A stretch of DNA of 60,632 bases, from the sequence record SRR22947727_834. One strand, 5' to 3'. The notes below the pieces were generated by a model. That model saw only the letters and a list, made by a program, of their open reading frames with translations. It ran no database searches and was not told the origin of the DNA. This document shows, one piece after another, positions 52,281 to 60,632 of this stretch. The stretch's first letter is position 1. Each line of letters starts with the position of its first letter. The position numbers were made by a program, and so were the translations under genes.

Positions 52281-53780
52281 ATGGAGTTCCTTTACTACTT
52301 TGACGATGTCTTCACCCTTTGGGCCTTTGGCATGTTGTTGCTGGGCACCGTCTTTGGGTTGATCCTTGGCGCCACGCCAGGCCTTTCGCCCACTATGGCG
52401 GTGGCTTTGGCCATTCCTTTCACCTTCAAGATGGAGCCCGCTCATGGGCTGATTTTGTTAGGGGCGCTTTACACCTCTACGGTCGCGGGCGGTGCGGTCA
52501 GTGCCATTTTGCTGAAAATTCCGGGAGCGCCGGCCAATATTGCCACCACATTGGACGGCCACACGATGGCGCGCAAGGGTGACGGCAAGCGCGCCTTACA
52601 ATTGTCATTCCTGGCCTCGCTCTTTGGCGGTGTCGCCGGGGTGCTTCTTCTGATCTTCGCCACGCCGGTGCTCGCCAAATGGGCCTTGGTCTTTGGCCCA
52701 AGTGAAAGTTTCTGGATCGCGATCCTTGGTGTGACTGTCATTGGCACTTTGGGCAGCAACTCTGTCATCAAGGGCCTATTGGCCGGATGTATCGGCCTTT
52801 GGATTTCCACGATCGGCTTTGACGATATCTTAGGCACACAGCGCTTTATTTTTCATTCCTCTCTTGCGGGAGGCATCAACATCATTCCCGCGCTGATTGG
52901 TCTTTTTGCCATTCCGCAGGTGATCTCAATGTTTGCCAAGGGCCGCTCTCGGGACGATCTTGAAGTCCTGAGCATCAAGCCCCATCCGCTGCGCCAGGCC
53001 ATCACAGAAGTGAGCCGCCGCACGCGCGCGCTCGGCATCGGAACCTCCGTCGGCGCAATCATCGGTTTGATCCCCGGCGTGGGTGGGCAAATCGCAGGTC
53101 TGGTGGCCTATGATCAAACCCGCAATTTCAGCCCAGAGCGCGAGAAATTCGGCACGGGCCATTCAGAGGGCATTATCGCCGCAGAATCGGCCAATAACGC
53201 CATGGTCGGACCCTCCTTGGTCCCCTTGCTCACCCTCTCAATCCCCGGCAGCCCGACAGCTGCGGTATTGCTCGGCGGGTTGATCATCCATGGAATTTTC
53301 CCCGGCCCAAATATTTTCCGTGACTATCCAGAGGTCGTTTGGCCCTTCATCAACTCCATGCTGATCGGGCAAATCTTGATGTGTGTCTTTGGCCTCATGA
53401 TCGCGGGTCTGGCCGCCAATGTGGCACGCGTGCCGCGCGCGGTCATGGCCGCTGTGGTACTGGCCCTTGCGGTATTCGGCAGCTACTCAGTGCAGCTGTC
53501 TATGGATGACGTATTTGTCATGCTGGTTCTCGGCGCGGGTATGTATTTTCTGGAACGCTACGGCTACTCCGCCGCCCCGTTGGTTTTGGGATTGATCTTA
53601 GGCCCAATTGCGGAAGGCAACTTTGTCGAAGGCGCGATGATCGCGGCGGCGCAAAATGGGGTCTTGCCGTATTTCTTTACCGGCACCTTAAACATGGTGC
53701 TGATTGCCATCGTCTTGGGTTCGATCATCTATTCGGTCTGGCTTGAGATGAAAAATCGCAACCAAGGGAGGGCTTTGTGA
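52281..53780 (+). CDS. tctA: Tripartite tricarboxylate transporter large permease TctA family
   Basis: G.TPGL, IPG.PA..AT.LDG..M, AAESANNA, PLLTL.IPG, PLVLG.ILG. Confidence 0.92.
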   Translation: MEFLYYFDDVFTLWAFGMLLLGTVFGLILGATPGLSPTMAVALAIPFTFKMEPAHGLILLGALYTSTVAGGAVSAILLKIPGAPANIATTLDGHTMARKGDGKRALQLSFLASLFGGVAGVLLLIFATPVLAKWALVFGPSESFWIAILGVTVIGTLGSNSVIKGLLAGCIGLWISTIGFDDILGTQRFIFHSSLAGGINIIPALIGLFAIPQVISMFAKGRSRDDLEVLSIKPHPLRQAITEVSRRTRALGIGTSVGAIIGLIPGVGGQIAGLVAYDQTRNFSPEREKFGTGHSEGIIAAESANNAMVGPSLVPLLTLSIPGSPTAAVLLGGLIIHGIFPGPNIFRDYPEVVWPFINSMLIGQILMCVFGLMIAGLAANVARVPRAVMAAVVLALAVFGSYSVQLSMDDVFVMLVLGAGMYFLERYGYSAAPLVLGLILGPIAEGNFVEGAMIAAAQNGVLPYFFTGTLNMVLIAIVLGSIIYSVWLEMKNRNQGRAL

Positions 53781-54235
53781 TGCAGCGGTTTCAACATGCC
53801 ATCCCCGCGGGGCTCATCGCCCTTGTCGGGCTGTGGGTCTGCTTTGTCAGCTATACCCAAACCCCGGCGGCCGCTTTCGCCTTTCCGCGCCTCATCTCAA
53901 CCGTCTTTGTTGTGCTCGCCCTCTGGACCTTTTTCAAAGCCCTCAGAGACGGCGCGGCTCAAGAGGGCGGTTTCAGCCGCCAGGAAATTGCCCGTATCCT
54001 GCCCGGTCTCGCTGTCGCCGTAGCCTATGTTTTTTGGGGGGCCAAGTTCTTTGGGTTTTACACCGGAACCACCCTCGCCTTCTTTATTCTACTCACTTGG
54101 TATGACCCCGCAGATCACCGGCAGCTCCGGTCTTGGGTCATGCGCGCCATCATCACGGCCGGCTTTATGGCCGTCATGTACTGTCTCTTCGCACTTATCT
54201 TGAACGTATACACGCCGCGAGAGATTTGGTCCTGA
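53777..54235 (+). CDS. tctB: TTT small permease TctB family
   Basis: Hydrophobic 152 aa with FPR and terminal F...L.V..P; overlaps tctA stop. Confidence 0.82.
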   Translation: MMQRFQHAIPAGLIALVGLWVCFVSYTQTPAAAFAFPRLISTVFVVLALWTFFKALRDGAAQEGGFSRQEIARILPGLAVAVAYVFWGAKFFGFYTGTTLAFFILLTWYDPADHRQLRSWVMRAIITAGFMAVMYCLFALILNVYTPREIWS

Positions 54236-54281
54236 ACCGTAGACGCGGCAGGGCATCATCACCACTAGGGAGGACTAGAAA

Positions 54282-55250
54282 ATGAAGAAACTACTCGCAG
54301 GTGCAGCCATTGCCCTTGCCACTTTGGCCAGCTCCGCGCAGGCCGATGGCCACGCAAGTTATCCTGAGCGTCCGATTATGCTGATGGTCAGCTATGGCGC
54401 CGGCGGCGCCACAGATTTCCAAGCCCGTATCGTCACCATGACCGCTGGCAATGACGATGCCTTGGGCATGCCTGTTGCCATTATCAACAAACCCGGTGCC
54501 GGGGGCCGCGTCGGCTGGAACTGGCTGGCCACAGCTGCCGAAGCCGATGGCTATACCATGGGCGCATATAACATCCCGCATTTCATTGCCCAATCTATTC
54601 AGGGCGGCGTCGAATATTCGGCCGATAGTTTCGAGCCCATTGCCAACTGGGGTGCAGATCCGGCGGTATTTGTTGTGGCCGCAGACAGTGAGTTTAACTC
54701 CATAGCCGATGTCATTGATTGGGCCAAAGCCAATCCAGGCAAGCTCACCTTCTCTGGTGCGGGCCTGTTTGTCGGCCACCATATCGCCGCACTGCAAATT
54801 GAAAAAGCAGCCGACGTAAAAATGGCCTATATTCCGAATAAATCGGGCGGTTCCGGCGCGATGAAAGCGGTTATCGCCGGTGAGGTTATGGCGGGCGTCA
54901 ACAATCTATCGGACGCCTTCCGCGCCCGTGAAGCGGGCACCATCAAGATCCTTGGCGTCGCCGATCTGGAGCGCAATGCCTTTATGGAGGACGTGCCGAC
55001 CCTGATGGAACAGGGTCTTGATGTGGACAATGCCTCGGTGAATTTCCGCGGCGTGATGGTCCCCAAAGGCACCCCGCAAGCCATCATCGATAAGCTGGCC
55101 GAAACCGTGCCGGCCATGTTTGCCAACAGCCGCGTTGCGGGCAAAATGAAAGCGGGTGGATCTCCGATGCATATCATGACCCGCGATGAGGTCCTGGAAA
55201 TGTGGGCCGCCCGCGAGGTGACCCTAAAGGACCTGCTCGCAGGCCTTTAA
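54282..55250 (+). CDS. tctC: TTT substrate-binding protein TctC/Bug family
   Basis: Signal peptide, YP.RPI...V.Y.AGG.TD..AR, NKPGAGG, DVPT..E.G, PKGTP; GGGAGGA RBS. Confidence 0.92.
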   Translation: MKKLLAGAAIALATLASSAQADGHASYPERPIMLMVSYGAGGATDFQARIVTMTAGNDDALGMPVAIINKPGAGGRVGWNWLATAAEADGYTMGAYNIPHFIAQSIQGGVEYSADSFEPIANWGADPAVFVVAADSEFNSIADVIDWAKANPGKLTFSGAGLFVGHHIAALQIEKAADVKMAYIPNKSGGSGAMKAVIAGEVMAGVNNLSDAFRAREAGTIKILGVADLERNAFMEDVPTLMEQGLDVDNASVNFRGVMVPKGTPQAIIDKLAETVPAMFANSRVAGKMKAGGSPMHIMTRDEVLEMWAAREVTLKDLLAGL

Positions 55251-55263
55251 TATAATCGCAATC

Positions 55264-55289
55264 GGTGGGGGCCTCTACGGGTCCCCACC
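55264..55289 (+). other. Intercistronic hairpin after tctC
   Basis: GGTGGGGGCC/GGTCCCCACC stem with no U tract; likely stabilises the upstream mRNA. Confidence 0.55.
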
Positions 55290-55313
55290 ACTCAATAATG
55301 AACGGAATTCCCC

Positions 55314-56717
55314 ATGACAGCTCCCGATGACATTGCGCTCGTTGACCGCGTGATTGCCCGCGCCCGCAAAGCCCAGTTGGCTTTCGAAGCGCGCGGCTCA
55401 CAAGAACGCTACGATCAAGCCGCCCAGGCGGTTGGATGGGCCATAATGGAGCCCAAGCGCAACCGTGCGCTGGCTGAATTGGCGGTACAGACCACTGGCC
55501 TGGGCAATGTTGCCGATAAGATCACAAAAAATCACCGCAAAACCCTGGGCCTTTTGCGGGACATCGCGGATGCAAAAACATTCGGCATCGTTTCTGATGA
55601 TCCGGCCACGGGGGTGACAGAAATCGCCCGCCCAATTGGGGTCGTTGGCGCGGTTGTTCCCTCAACCAACCCTGCGGCAACGCCCGCCAATAATATCATC
55701 AATGCCCTGAAATCTGGCAACGCCATTGTGCTTTCACCCTCTCCCAAAGGGGTCGCCTCCTGTGAGCTGTTGCTGGACTATATATATGCAGAATTTGATA
55801 AGATCGGAATTGATCGCGATCTGGTGCAAATGCTGCCAGCGCCCGGCTCAAAGGCCAAGACCCAACGCATGCTTGAGACGACTGATTTGGTTGTGGTCAC
55901 AGGCAGTCAAAACAATGTGCGCCGCGCCTATACTTGCGGCACCCCAGCGATTGGGGTGGGAGCGGGCAATGTGACCGTGATCGTCGATGAAACGGCCAAT
56001 CTTGCCGAGGCCGCCGCGAAGATCACCGCCTCAAAAACCTTTGACAACGCCACATCATGCTCGTCGGAAAACGCGCTTGTGGTGGTGGATGAAATTTATG
56101 ACGCCTTTGTGCAGGCCATGGCGCAAGAAGGCGGGGCCCTGGTGGCCGATGAAGCACCCATTATTGCCAAACTCTGGCCTGATGGGCATTTGAACCGCTC
56201 TGTTATTGCTCAGGATGCCGACAAGATGCTTGAGGCGCTGGATATGGTGGGCAAAGTGCCTGCCACGACGAAATTCCTCGCCGTTGAAACCTCTGGTATT
56301 GGTCCAGATCATCCCCTCTCCGGTGAAAAGCTTTCGCGCGTCGTAGCCCTCTATCGTGCGCAAGATTTTGCGGATGCAAAAGCGATTGCCTGCCGTATCC
56401 TGACCCATCAAGGCGCGGGCCATTCCATTGGGATACATTCCACCCTTGCAGCACGCGCTTTAGAATTGGGGCGCGACGTGCCAACCTGCCGGGTCATCGT
56501 GAACCAAGCCCATTGCTTTGCCACGGGTGGCGCCTTCAACAACGGGCTGCCCTTTTCGCTCTCAATGGGATGCGGCAGTTGGGGGGGGAATTCGATCGAT
56601 GGCAATCTCAATTGGCGCCACTTTGTGCAAACAACCAAAGTGACCCGCGAAATTCCACCCCGTGAACCCGCGCTCGAAGATATCTTCGCACATTATTGGG
56701 CGCGAGCCGGAAAATGA
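55314..56717 (+). CDS. sauS: Acylating sulfoacetaldehyde dehydrogenase
   Basis: WAIMEP.RNR.LAE.AV..TGLGNV.DKI.KNHRKTLGLLRD matches SauS as I recall it; PSTNP, FDNATSCSSEN, GEKLS, AGHS. Confidence 0.8.
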   Translation: MTAPDDIALVDRVIARARKAQLAFEARGSQERYDQAAQAVGWAIMEPKRNRALAELAVQTTGLGNVADKITKNHRKTLGLLRDIADAKTFGIVSDDPATGVTEIARPIGVVGAVVPSTNPAATPANNIINALKSGNAIVLSPSPKGVASCELLLDYIYAEFDKIGIDRDLVQMLPAPGSKAKTQRMLETTDLVVVTGSQNNVRRAYTCGTPAIGVGAGNVTVIVDETANLAEAAAKITASKTFDNATSCSSENALVVVDEIYDAFVQAMAQEGGALVADEAPIIAKLWPDGHLNRSVIAQDADKMLEALDMVGKVPATTKFLAVETSGIGPDHPLSGEKLSRVVALYRAQDFADAKAIACRILTHQGAGHSIGIHSTLAARALELGRDVPTCRVIVNQAHCFATGGAFNNGLPFSLSMGCGSWGGNSIDGNLNWRHFVQTTKVTREIPPREPALEDIFAHYWARAGK

Positions 56718-58234
56718 TTGCATTCAACCAAGCTCCGCCACAAGGCACCGTGCGCGATTGGCTGGATCAGCAAGCCAGAGTAAGAGGAGAGCGCATCGCC
56801 TATCGCTTCACAGATGGCGCCGCTGACCTCTCTTGGGCAGGTTTGCGCGATATCGCTCGCGCCCAGGCGCAGGGCCTCACAGCGCTCGGCATGACCAAGG
56901 GTGAAAGCCTCGCTGTGATGATGCCCAACGGCCGCGCAGCATTGGAGACTCTTTTTGCTGGGCTCTATGGCGGGTTTCGGGTCACGATGATCAATCTGGC
57001 CGCAGGCAATGATGCCATTGCCTATGCGTTTGAGCATTGTGAAGCGCGCTTTGCCTCAGTGGGCCCAGATCAGCAGGCGCAGTTTGCCGCCACCTGCCCC
57101 GATGGCCTGCGGCCACTGCCCGCTGATCTTGGCCTGGGGGCGCAAGTGCCCCTGCATTCCCTCAGCTCCGGGGATGACGCATTGCTGATGTATACATCTG
57201 GCACCACCGGGCAACCCAAAGGGGTGGTGCACAGCCATAGCAGCCTTCTCGCTGGGGGCTGGACCACGGCCAGCGCCCATGCGTTAACCGAACATGACTG
57301 CGGATATTGCGTGCTGCCGATCTGTCACATCAATGGGCTATGTGTCAGCGTCATGGGATGTCTCATCTCAGGCGGGCAATTGCTACTGGCCCCTAAGTTT
57401 TCCAACAGCCGGTTTTGGAGCGATATTGAAGCGGGCGCCGTCACTTGGTTTTCGGTTGTGCCGACCATCATTTCACATGTCCTGCATTGTGCTCAGGATC
57501 CCAGCAATGCGGTAAAGGCGCAGCTGCGTTTTGGCAGATCAGCCAGTTCGGCTTTGGCGCCAGACGTACAGACGGCCTTTGAACACCGCTTTGGTGTGCC
57601 GATCATTGAAACAATGGGCATGACAGAGACCGCGGCGCAGATGCTGTCAAACCCGCTGCCCCCCGCGCCCCGCAAAATCGGCTCTCCAGGCATCGCCATG
57701 GGCAATCAAGTGGCCATCCTGCGGTCCGACCTCTCGGAGGCTGGGGACAATGAACAGGGGGAGATTGCCATCCGCGGCCCTAATGTCATGAAAGAATATC
57801 TCAAAAATCCCGATGCGACACGCGCGAGCTTCACACCCGACGGCTGGCTGCTCTCTGGTGATCTCGGACATAGAGATGAAGACGGATATGTGTTTGTCAC
57901 AGGGCGTTTGAAGGAGTTGATCATTAAGGGCGGTGAAAATATTGCACCGCGGGAAGTGGACGAAGCGCTTTACGCCCATGCGGATGTTGTCGAAGCTGCA
58001 GCCTTCGCGCAGCCCTGCGCCACCTATGGTGAGCGGGTGGTCGCAGCCGTCGCCCTATGTGCCGGCAGTTCGGTCACCGCGGCCGAATTGATCGATATGT
58101 GCACCCGCCGCCTCGGTGCGTTCAAAGCTCCCGAGACGGTCTATGTGCTCGAGGATCTACCCAAAGGCCCCTCGGGAAAGATTCAGAGGAAAAAATTGGC
58201 CGAGATGATGTTGGCCGCGACGATCGGAGATTAA
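56714..58234 (+). CDS. sauT: Acyl-CoA ligase, probable sulfoacetate--CoA ligase
   Basis: YTSGTTGQPKG, GMTET, GDLG, GR.KELII.GGEN, PKGPSGKI; ATGA-coupled to sauS. Confidence 0.75.
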   Translation: MIAFNQAPPQGTVRDWLDQQARVRGERIAYRFTDGAADLSWAGLRDIARAQAQGLTALGMTKGESLAVMMPNGRAALETLFAGLYGGFRVTMINLAAGNDAIAYAFEHCEARFASVGPDQQAQFAATCPDGLRPLPADLGLGAQVPLHSLSSGDDALLMYTSGTTGQPKGVVHSHSSLLAGGWTTASAHALTEHDCGYCVLPICHINGLCVSVMGCLISGGQLLLAPKFSNSRFWSDIEAGAVTWFSVVPTIISHVLHCAQDPSNAVKAQLRFGRSASSALAPDVQTAFEHRFGVPIIETMGMTETAAQMLSNPLPPAPRKIGSPGIAMGNQVAILRSDLSEAGDNEQGEIAIRGPNVMKEYLKNPDATRASFTPDGWLLSGDLGHRDEDGYVFVTGRLKELIIKGGENIAPREVDEALYAHADVVEAAAFAQPCATYGERVVAAVALCAGSSVTAAELIDMCTRRLGAFKAPETVYVLEDLPKGPSGKIQRKKLAEMMLAATIGD

Positions 58235-58293
58235 AATCCCTCCGCCGCAGCGTCAAAAAAGACGCCATCTTCCGTCAGGCGCTCAAGGCAGGA

Positions 58294-59130
58294 TTAGAAC
58301 ACGGCATAATCGGCCTCGGTTCTGTCCGCTTGTGCCAAATGCTCTGCCAATTCGGCAAGCTCGCTATAGCTTTTCGACATGGCCAAACGCGTGAGAGCAC
58401 CGGCCGAGAGGACGCGCCGCAATAAAGCATCGGCAAAAGACAAACGCAGCTTTACAGCAAGGTTTTGGTTCGGCACCGAGCAACACGCAAGTTTCAAAAA
58501 ATATGAAAAACATTGCAACGAACCGCGCACCGTCTCACGCAGCATTTCCGGATCTGCCTGAGCCCAGGCTATGAATTTGGTGACATTCTGATGCGGTTTT
58601 GTCATTGGTCTTTTTGACGTCGGATTGAGGTACTCGCGCATCAACATGCAATCTTGCTCCGCTTCCGGGTCACTGGGGTCCCAGAGGCATTCTTCCAAAT
58701 TCGCAGAGCCCCATTCTGAAATGAGAACAACCCTTCCTCCCTCAATAGATAAATTCGGAAAGAAACTCCGCGCTGATTTCAGCCCGAGAATGCGTCGCAA
58801 AACAAAACTTACGCCCTCAGGTGCACCAGCAGAGACCAAGAGCGGGCCCCAAGCGAAATGGCCTGGGCGCCGCGCGTCAAGCGCCAACACTTTCCCGCGA
58901 CTGGCGGCCATGATGCTTGGCCAAGCCAATCGCGCAATCTGCCCGGGGATAAGGGACATAGCTTCAATTTCATAAAGAGGACGCTCTTGCGCAAAGACCT
59001 GGTGGGACACGTCACAAACCCCAAGCGCCCTTGGGGTCAACTCGGCGGCAATCGGCTGCGATGACGTATGTTCACACTGAAAACGAGATGGGTTTGAATG
59101 ACCAAAATATACTCGACTGGGCGAATCCAT
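58294..59130 (-). CDS. Hypothetical (orphan-like) protein
   Basis: 278-aa ORF with AGGA RBS filling an otherwise empty region; no confident family. Confidence 0.6.
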   Translation of the reverse strand: MDSPSRVYFGHSNPSRFQCEHTSSQPIAAELTPRALGVCDVSHQVFAQERPLYEIEAMSLIPGQIARLAWPSIMAASRGKVLALDARRPGHFAWGPLLVSAGAPEGVSFVLRRILGLKSARSFFPNLSIEGGRVVLISEWGSANLEECLWDPSDPEAEQDCMLMREYLNPTSKRPMTKPHQNVTKFIAWAQADPEMLRETVRGSLQCFSYFLKLACCSVPNQNLAVKLRLSFADALLRRVLSAGALTRLAMSKSYSELAELAEHLAQADRTEADYAVF

Positions 59131-59308
59131 AGCGAATTCCTAAAATACGACTGCCCACCTAACCCACGTCAATTTAACCAAATGCGATCTGACCTGTAAA
59201 GGACAAAATCAATGGAATTTTATTAATTATGGTTGATTTTATTGTACTTTTACAACAGCGCCCCCACTGGCGATGGAGGCGACTTCCCTACCCTGATCGA
59301 ACAGAAAC

Positions 59309-59620
59309 CTAATGGGTCCAGACACCACGACGATTTGTGGCGAAATTTTCCCCATAACCGCCAGGACGTATATTTGTTGCCCGCTTTTGCGGCTCCACAA
59401 CTGTGGCTTGAATACCGTGACGTTCCGCATAGTCCACAGCCGCATCCTTAGTGTCAAACTGCAGACGAACCTGGGTTTGTGTATCGTCGCTGGACGTCCA
59501 GCCCATCAAGGGATCAATACGGCGGGCTTCCGAATGTGCAAATTCCAACACCCAAAGTTTGGTTTTGGCCGTCCCTGATGACATAGCTGTCTTGGCGGGC
59601 TGGTAGATTCGTGCAAACAT
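59309..59620 (-). CDS. ETC complex I subunit (NDUFS4-like)
   Basis: [36 protein letters not shown] before ATG 59620. Confidence 0.92.
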   Translation of the reverse strand: MFARIYQPAKTAMSSGTAKTKLWVLEFAHSEARRIDPLMGWTSSDDTQTQVRLQFDTKDAAVDYAERHGIQATVVEPQKRATNIRPGGYGENFATNRRGVWTH

Positions 59621-59839
59621 GATGTCCTCCATAGCCGCTGTTTTATTAAGTTTGGCGCGTAAAGCAAGTGGCTAAACGGCTTTGCCGTGGCGCGCATGCG
59701 GGGGATCAGGGGATGTTTTTCGCCTTTCGCTAACTATTTTTCATAAATGATCACGGAGATTAATTTACGGCGGGCGGCGCTGAACTTGGTCTTGCGACCT
59801 TGCGGCCATCAAACGACCGCCAATACTAATCAAATAGAC

Positions 59840-60469
59840 TTATTGCAGCATCGGATTAGATATCGGTAGAAACAGCATATCTTGATGAAAAGGCTTTGAG
59901 TTTGGGGGGCTAACGACCGTATAAAATGAAAACCCTCGATCCCACAAAGCGTTAACCAGCTCATTAAAGCCATAGGAGTCAACAAACCTCTTCCTTACAC
60001 TCACCTCCGCAATAATGAACGATACGCGTTCACAGTGATCATTAAGCCCCTTCACTATCTCTAGTTCGTAACCTTCAGTATCAATCTTTAAACCGATATT
60101 ATGCGAGTGAAGCCTTTCTCCAATCAAGTTATCAAGGGTCGAAACTTCAAACTCGTACTTCTCAATTATCTTTCCCGCGGTAATCGGCGTACGCTCAAGG
60201 ACACTGGATTTACCCCCTTGCTCATTAAGGATGCATTTTCCAGGCACAGAGCCTAAACCAATGTTTAAGAATTCGAAGTTTTGGGGACGTTCTTCCAACA
60301 AAGACTCGCCACCTTTTTGGGGATCTACAAGAAAAAACTTTGCGGCAGGAAAAGATTGGTACAGACTTGGTGTACCGGCACGAACGCCAACGTCAACAAC
60401 CTCATCTGCAATGATTTTATTTCTACGAACGAGTCGCTTCAAGAAATTAATTTCGTGAAAATTTGCCAT
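59840..60469 (-). CDS. FkbM family SAM-dependent methyltransferase
   Basis: VVDVGV..G, TLD, LKIDTEGYE..I..G, II.EV motifs; AT-rich. Confidence 0.85.
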   Translation of the reverse strand: MANFHEINFLKRLVRRNKIIADEVVDVGVRAGTPSLYQSFPAAKFFLVDPQKGGESLLEERPQNFEFLNIGLGSVPGKCILNEQGGKSSVLERTPITAGKIIEKYEFEVSTLDNLIGERLHSHNIGLKIDTEGYELEIVKGLNDHCERVSFIIAEVSVRKRFVDSYGFNELVNALWDRGFSFYTVVSPPNSKPFHQDMLFLPISNPMLQ

Positions 60470-60632
60470 ATTTATTGCTTTCTAATAATAGTTCCAATGC
60501 CTCTAACTCAATCGCCCTGTTATGTCAGACTGTCGCTGTGTCTACACCTGACCGCTTGCGCATGTTGGATACGCTAAGTCGATGATCAATTAAATAATGA
60601 CTTTTTCTTTTTTGTTGTTGATTTTTCTCTTT

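Noticed and set aside
59131..59308. tRNA gene next to the complex I subunit gene
   Set aside because: No cloverleaf or TTCGA T-loop on either strand
60498..60530. TAAC...GTTATGT as integron attC, or TTATGT as dif/XerD arm
   Set aside because: Spacing far too short for attC, no internal boxes, and no XerC-like arm
60535..60632. 3' end of a minus-strand gene entering from beyond the window
   Set aside because: More than one short frame is open and the sequence is low complexity; cannot be assigned

Overview
Core-chromosome window from an alphaproteobacterium of the Roseobacter group (Rhodobacteraceae; inferred from gene content and synteny), densely coding with about 57 CDS and no rRNA, tRNA, CRISPR, transposase, integrase or phage genes that I can see. 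In order: a gamma-glutamylation (Puu-type) amine catabolism cluster with a class III omega-transaminase; the PHA cluster phaR-phaP-phaC/phaZ plus rsgA; hydrolases; thrS, cspA, thyX/gloA, an XRE-sdhE-MarR(LdtR-like) unit, aspartate aminotransferase, MATE, parE; lolD-lolC/E-proS; AI-2E permease-hdaA-ppk-ppx; djlA; the propionyl-CoA/methylmalonyl-CoA cluster (mcm, pccA, pccB, pccR); betB with a DMT and a TRAP transporter; a LacI-controlled TTT transporter + sauS-sauT sulfoacetate module; an orphan ORF; a complex I NDUFS4-like gene; and an AT-rich FkbM methyltransferase at a probable island edge. The proteins are mostly known families. The most interesting signals are non-coding: (1) a thrS leader hairpin with a CGU (Thr anticodon) 7-nt loop that competes with an SD-sequestering helix; (2) an anti-SD (UCCUCCC) loop hairpin plus terminator in the phaP 3' UTR; (3) a ~97-nt promoter-to-terminator unit just upstream of pccA; (4) tandem NrdR-like boxes at thyX; (5) TTTGCAAA (PccR-type) palindromes at pccB, pccR, mcm and the TRAP operon; (6) an SD-occluding hairpin at dctP. 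All RNA structures were paired by eye and all family calls come from motif recognition, not database searches.
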